From positions 4,045,061 to 4,109,060 of the forward strand of contig MU058423.1 in NCBI GenBank assembly GCA_013265495.1: 64,000 nt of DNA, in the 5' to 3' direction. Under the pieces are notes generated by a model. The model had not been told where the DNA came from. It made no database searches and saw nothing but the letters and a program-made list of their open reading frames with translations. The position numbers were made by a program, and so were the translations under genes. Source of the stretch: Vicugna vicugna (lineage: Eukaryota). Numbering within the stretch: the stretch's first letter is position 1; each line of letters opens with the position of its first letter. This document shows positions 63,131-64,000 of the stretch, in pieces.

Positions 63131-63778
63131 GGTGATGGCATCACAGTGGCGGTCACCAGGAGAGTGCTCTCTTTCCACTGACATAGGGTTTCTGGGAGAC
63201 CAGCAAACCACAGTTCTTGCTGCCACTGCAGCGGAGGCCTTACCTGCTGTACACATCACGGTGCTGCGTGTGAGCTCACAGTGGTCAGCTATCTTGCAGC
63301 AGCTTCTGAAGAATCACTGTGATGCAACCGCTCTAACTGTTCAGCTCCAAACAGGCTTTTTCTCTCTGCATTGCAATCTCCCCACCTCTATTTGTCCTAG
63401 CACTAGGCGGTAACATGCTGAGTGTGAAGAATGCGGGATTCCCAGTCAGAGATCACGGATCTGCCAACTCCATCACTTCGGTTAGTCTTAGACCTTTCTT
63501 TTCTTCAGATGTTAATGAGACAGATCAAACCCTATTCAGCTCACCGCACAGGGTGGGCGGATGTGAACATCATGCAAGGCAGCTCTTAGAGGGGGAAGAG
63601 AAGGGAAGTAACATGTCAGCCACCCAGTGCAAACCAGGCAATGGAAGGCTGGGAGCTTGGCGTGATTTATTTCTTCCAGTAAAAGAAAACCTGTTGAACT
63701 CTGAAAAATATACAAATACAACTTTTTTTCCTTAAGTTGATAAAAATAATTAGGTTATTGCTCTGAAGATTTTCTGTG

Positions 63779-63801
63779 TATGTGTGTTTGTGTGTGTGTG
63801 T
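63779..63801 (+). repeat. Imperfect (TG)n microsatellite
   Basis: Seen directly. Confidence 0.8.
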
Positions 63802-64000
63802 GAGATAACCCTAGGAGCCCCAGGATTAAGGCAAAAACAAGAAACTTGTGTATTTTTACAAGAATGGAAATGTAATTACATTGTAGAGAGTAAACTCCTT
63901 GAAGATAAAGTCTTTATCTTATTGATCTAGTCATGCCTAACAGCAGTGCCTTGTGGAATAAAGAATGGATAAATGAGAGTTGATACAGAATAATGAACAG

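Noticed and set aside
5701..64000. NTNG1 exons, tRNA/rRNA/snRNA genes, processed pseudogenes, CRISPR arrays
   Set aside because: No laminin/EGF-like peptide or other recognisable protein in the ORF track and no RNA-gene signatures seen; NTNG1 presumably lies beyond the window.

Overview
Mammalian (eutherian) genomic DNA, not prokaryotic. It is probably camelid, inferred from the L1 3'-UTR types and the absence of recognisable Alu, Bov-A/BovB or PRE-1 SINEs; this is not proven. Bases 1-5.7 kb hold the 3' end of VAV3 on the + strand: an in-frame 84-nt cassette exon (544-627), the two exons encoding the C-terminal SH3 domain (2686-2837, 3457-3498) and a ~2.2-kb 3' UTR ending at an AATAAA at 5676. 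The rest is intergenic (in human this interval lies between VAV3 and NTNG1) and is mostly transposon-derived: a decayed full-length L1 (8.3-18.6 kb) with nested inserts, a 5.2-kb composite L1 block (23.2-28.5 kb), a Tigger2 split by an ERV LTR, and many L2/MIR/MaLR/hAT relics. I see no CRISPR array, RNA gene or new protein-coding gene, and no convincing novel biological system. The best observations are retrotransposition oddities (a 2.9-kb TSD-flanked insert carrying older repeats inside a younger L1, a ~220-bp inversion at the L1 5' junction, two tandem ~2-kb L1 units sharing a linker, two micro 3' transductions), the VAV2-like VAV3 cassette exon, several motif-dense candidate enhancers and a small orphan CpG island. 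Repeat family names come from recalled consensus sequences, and repeat boundaries are approximate unless a TSD or TIR is quoted.
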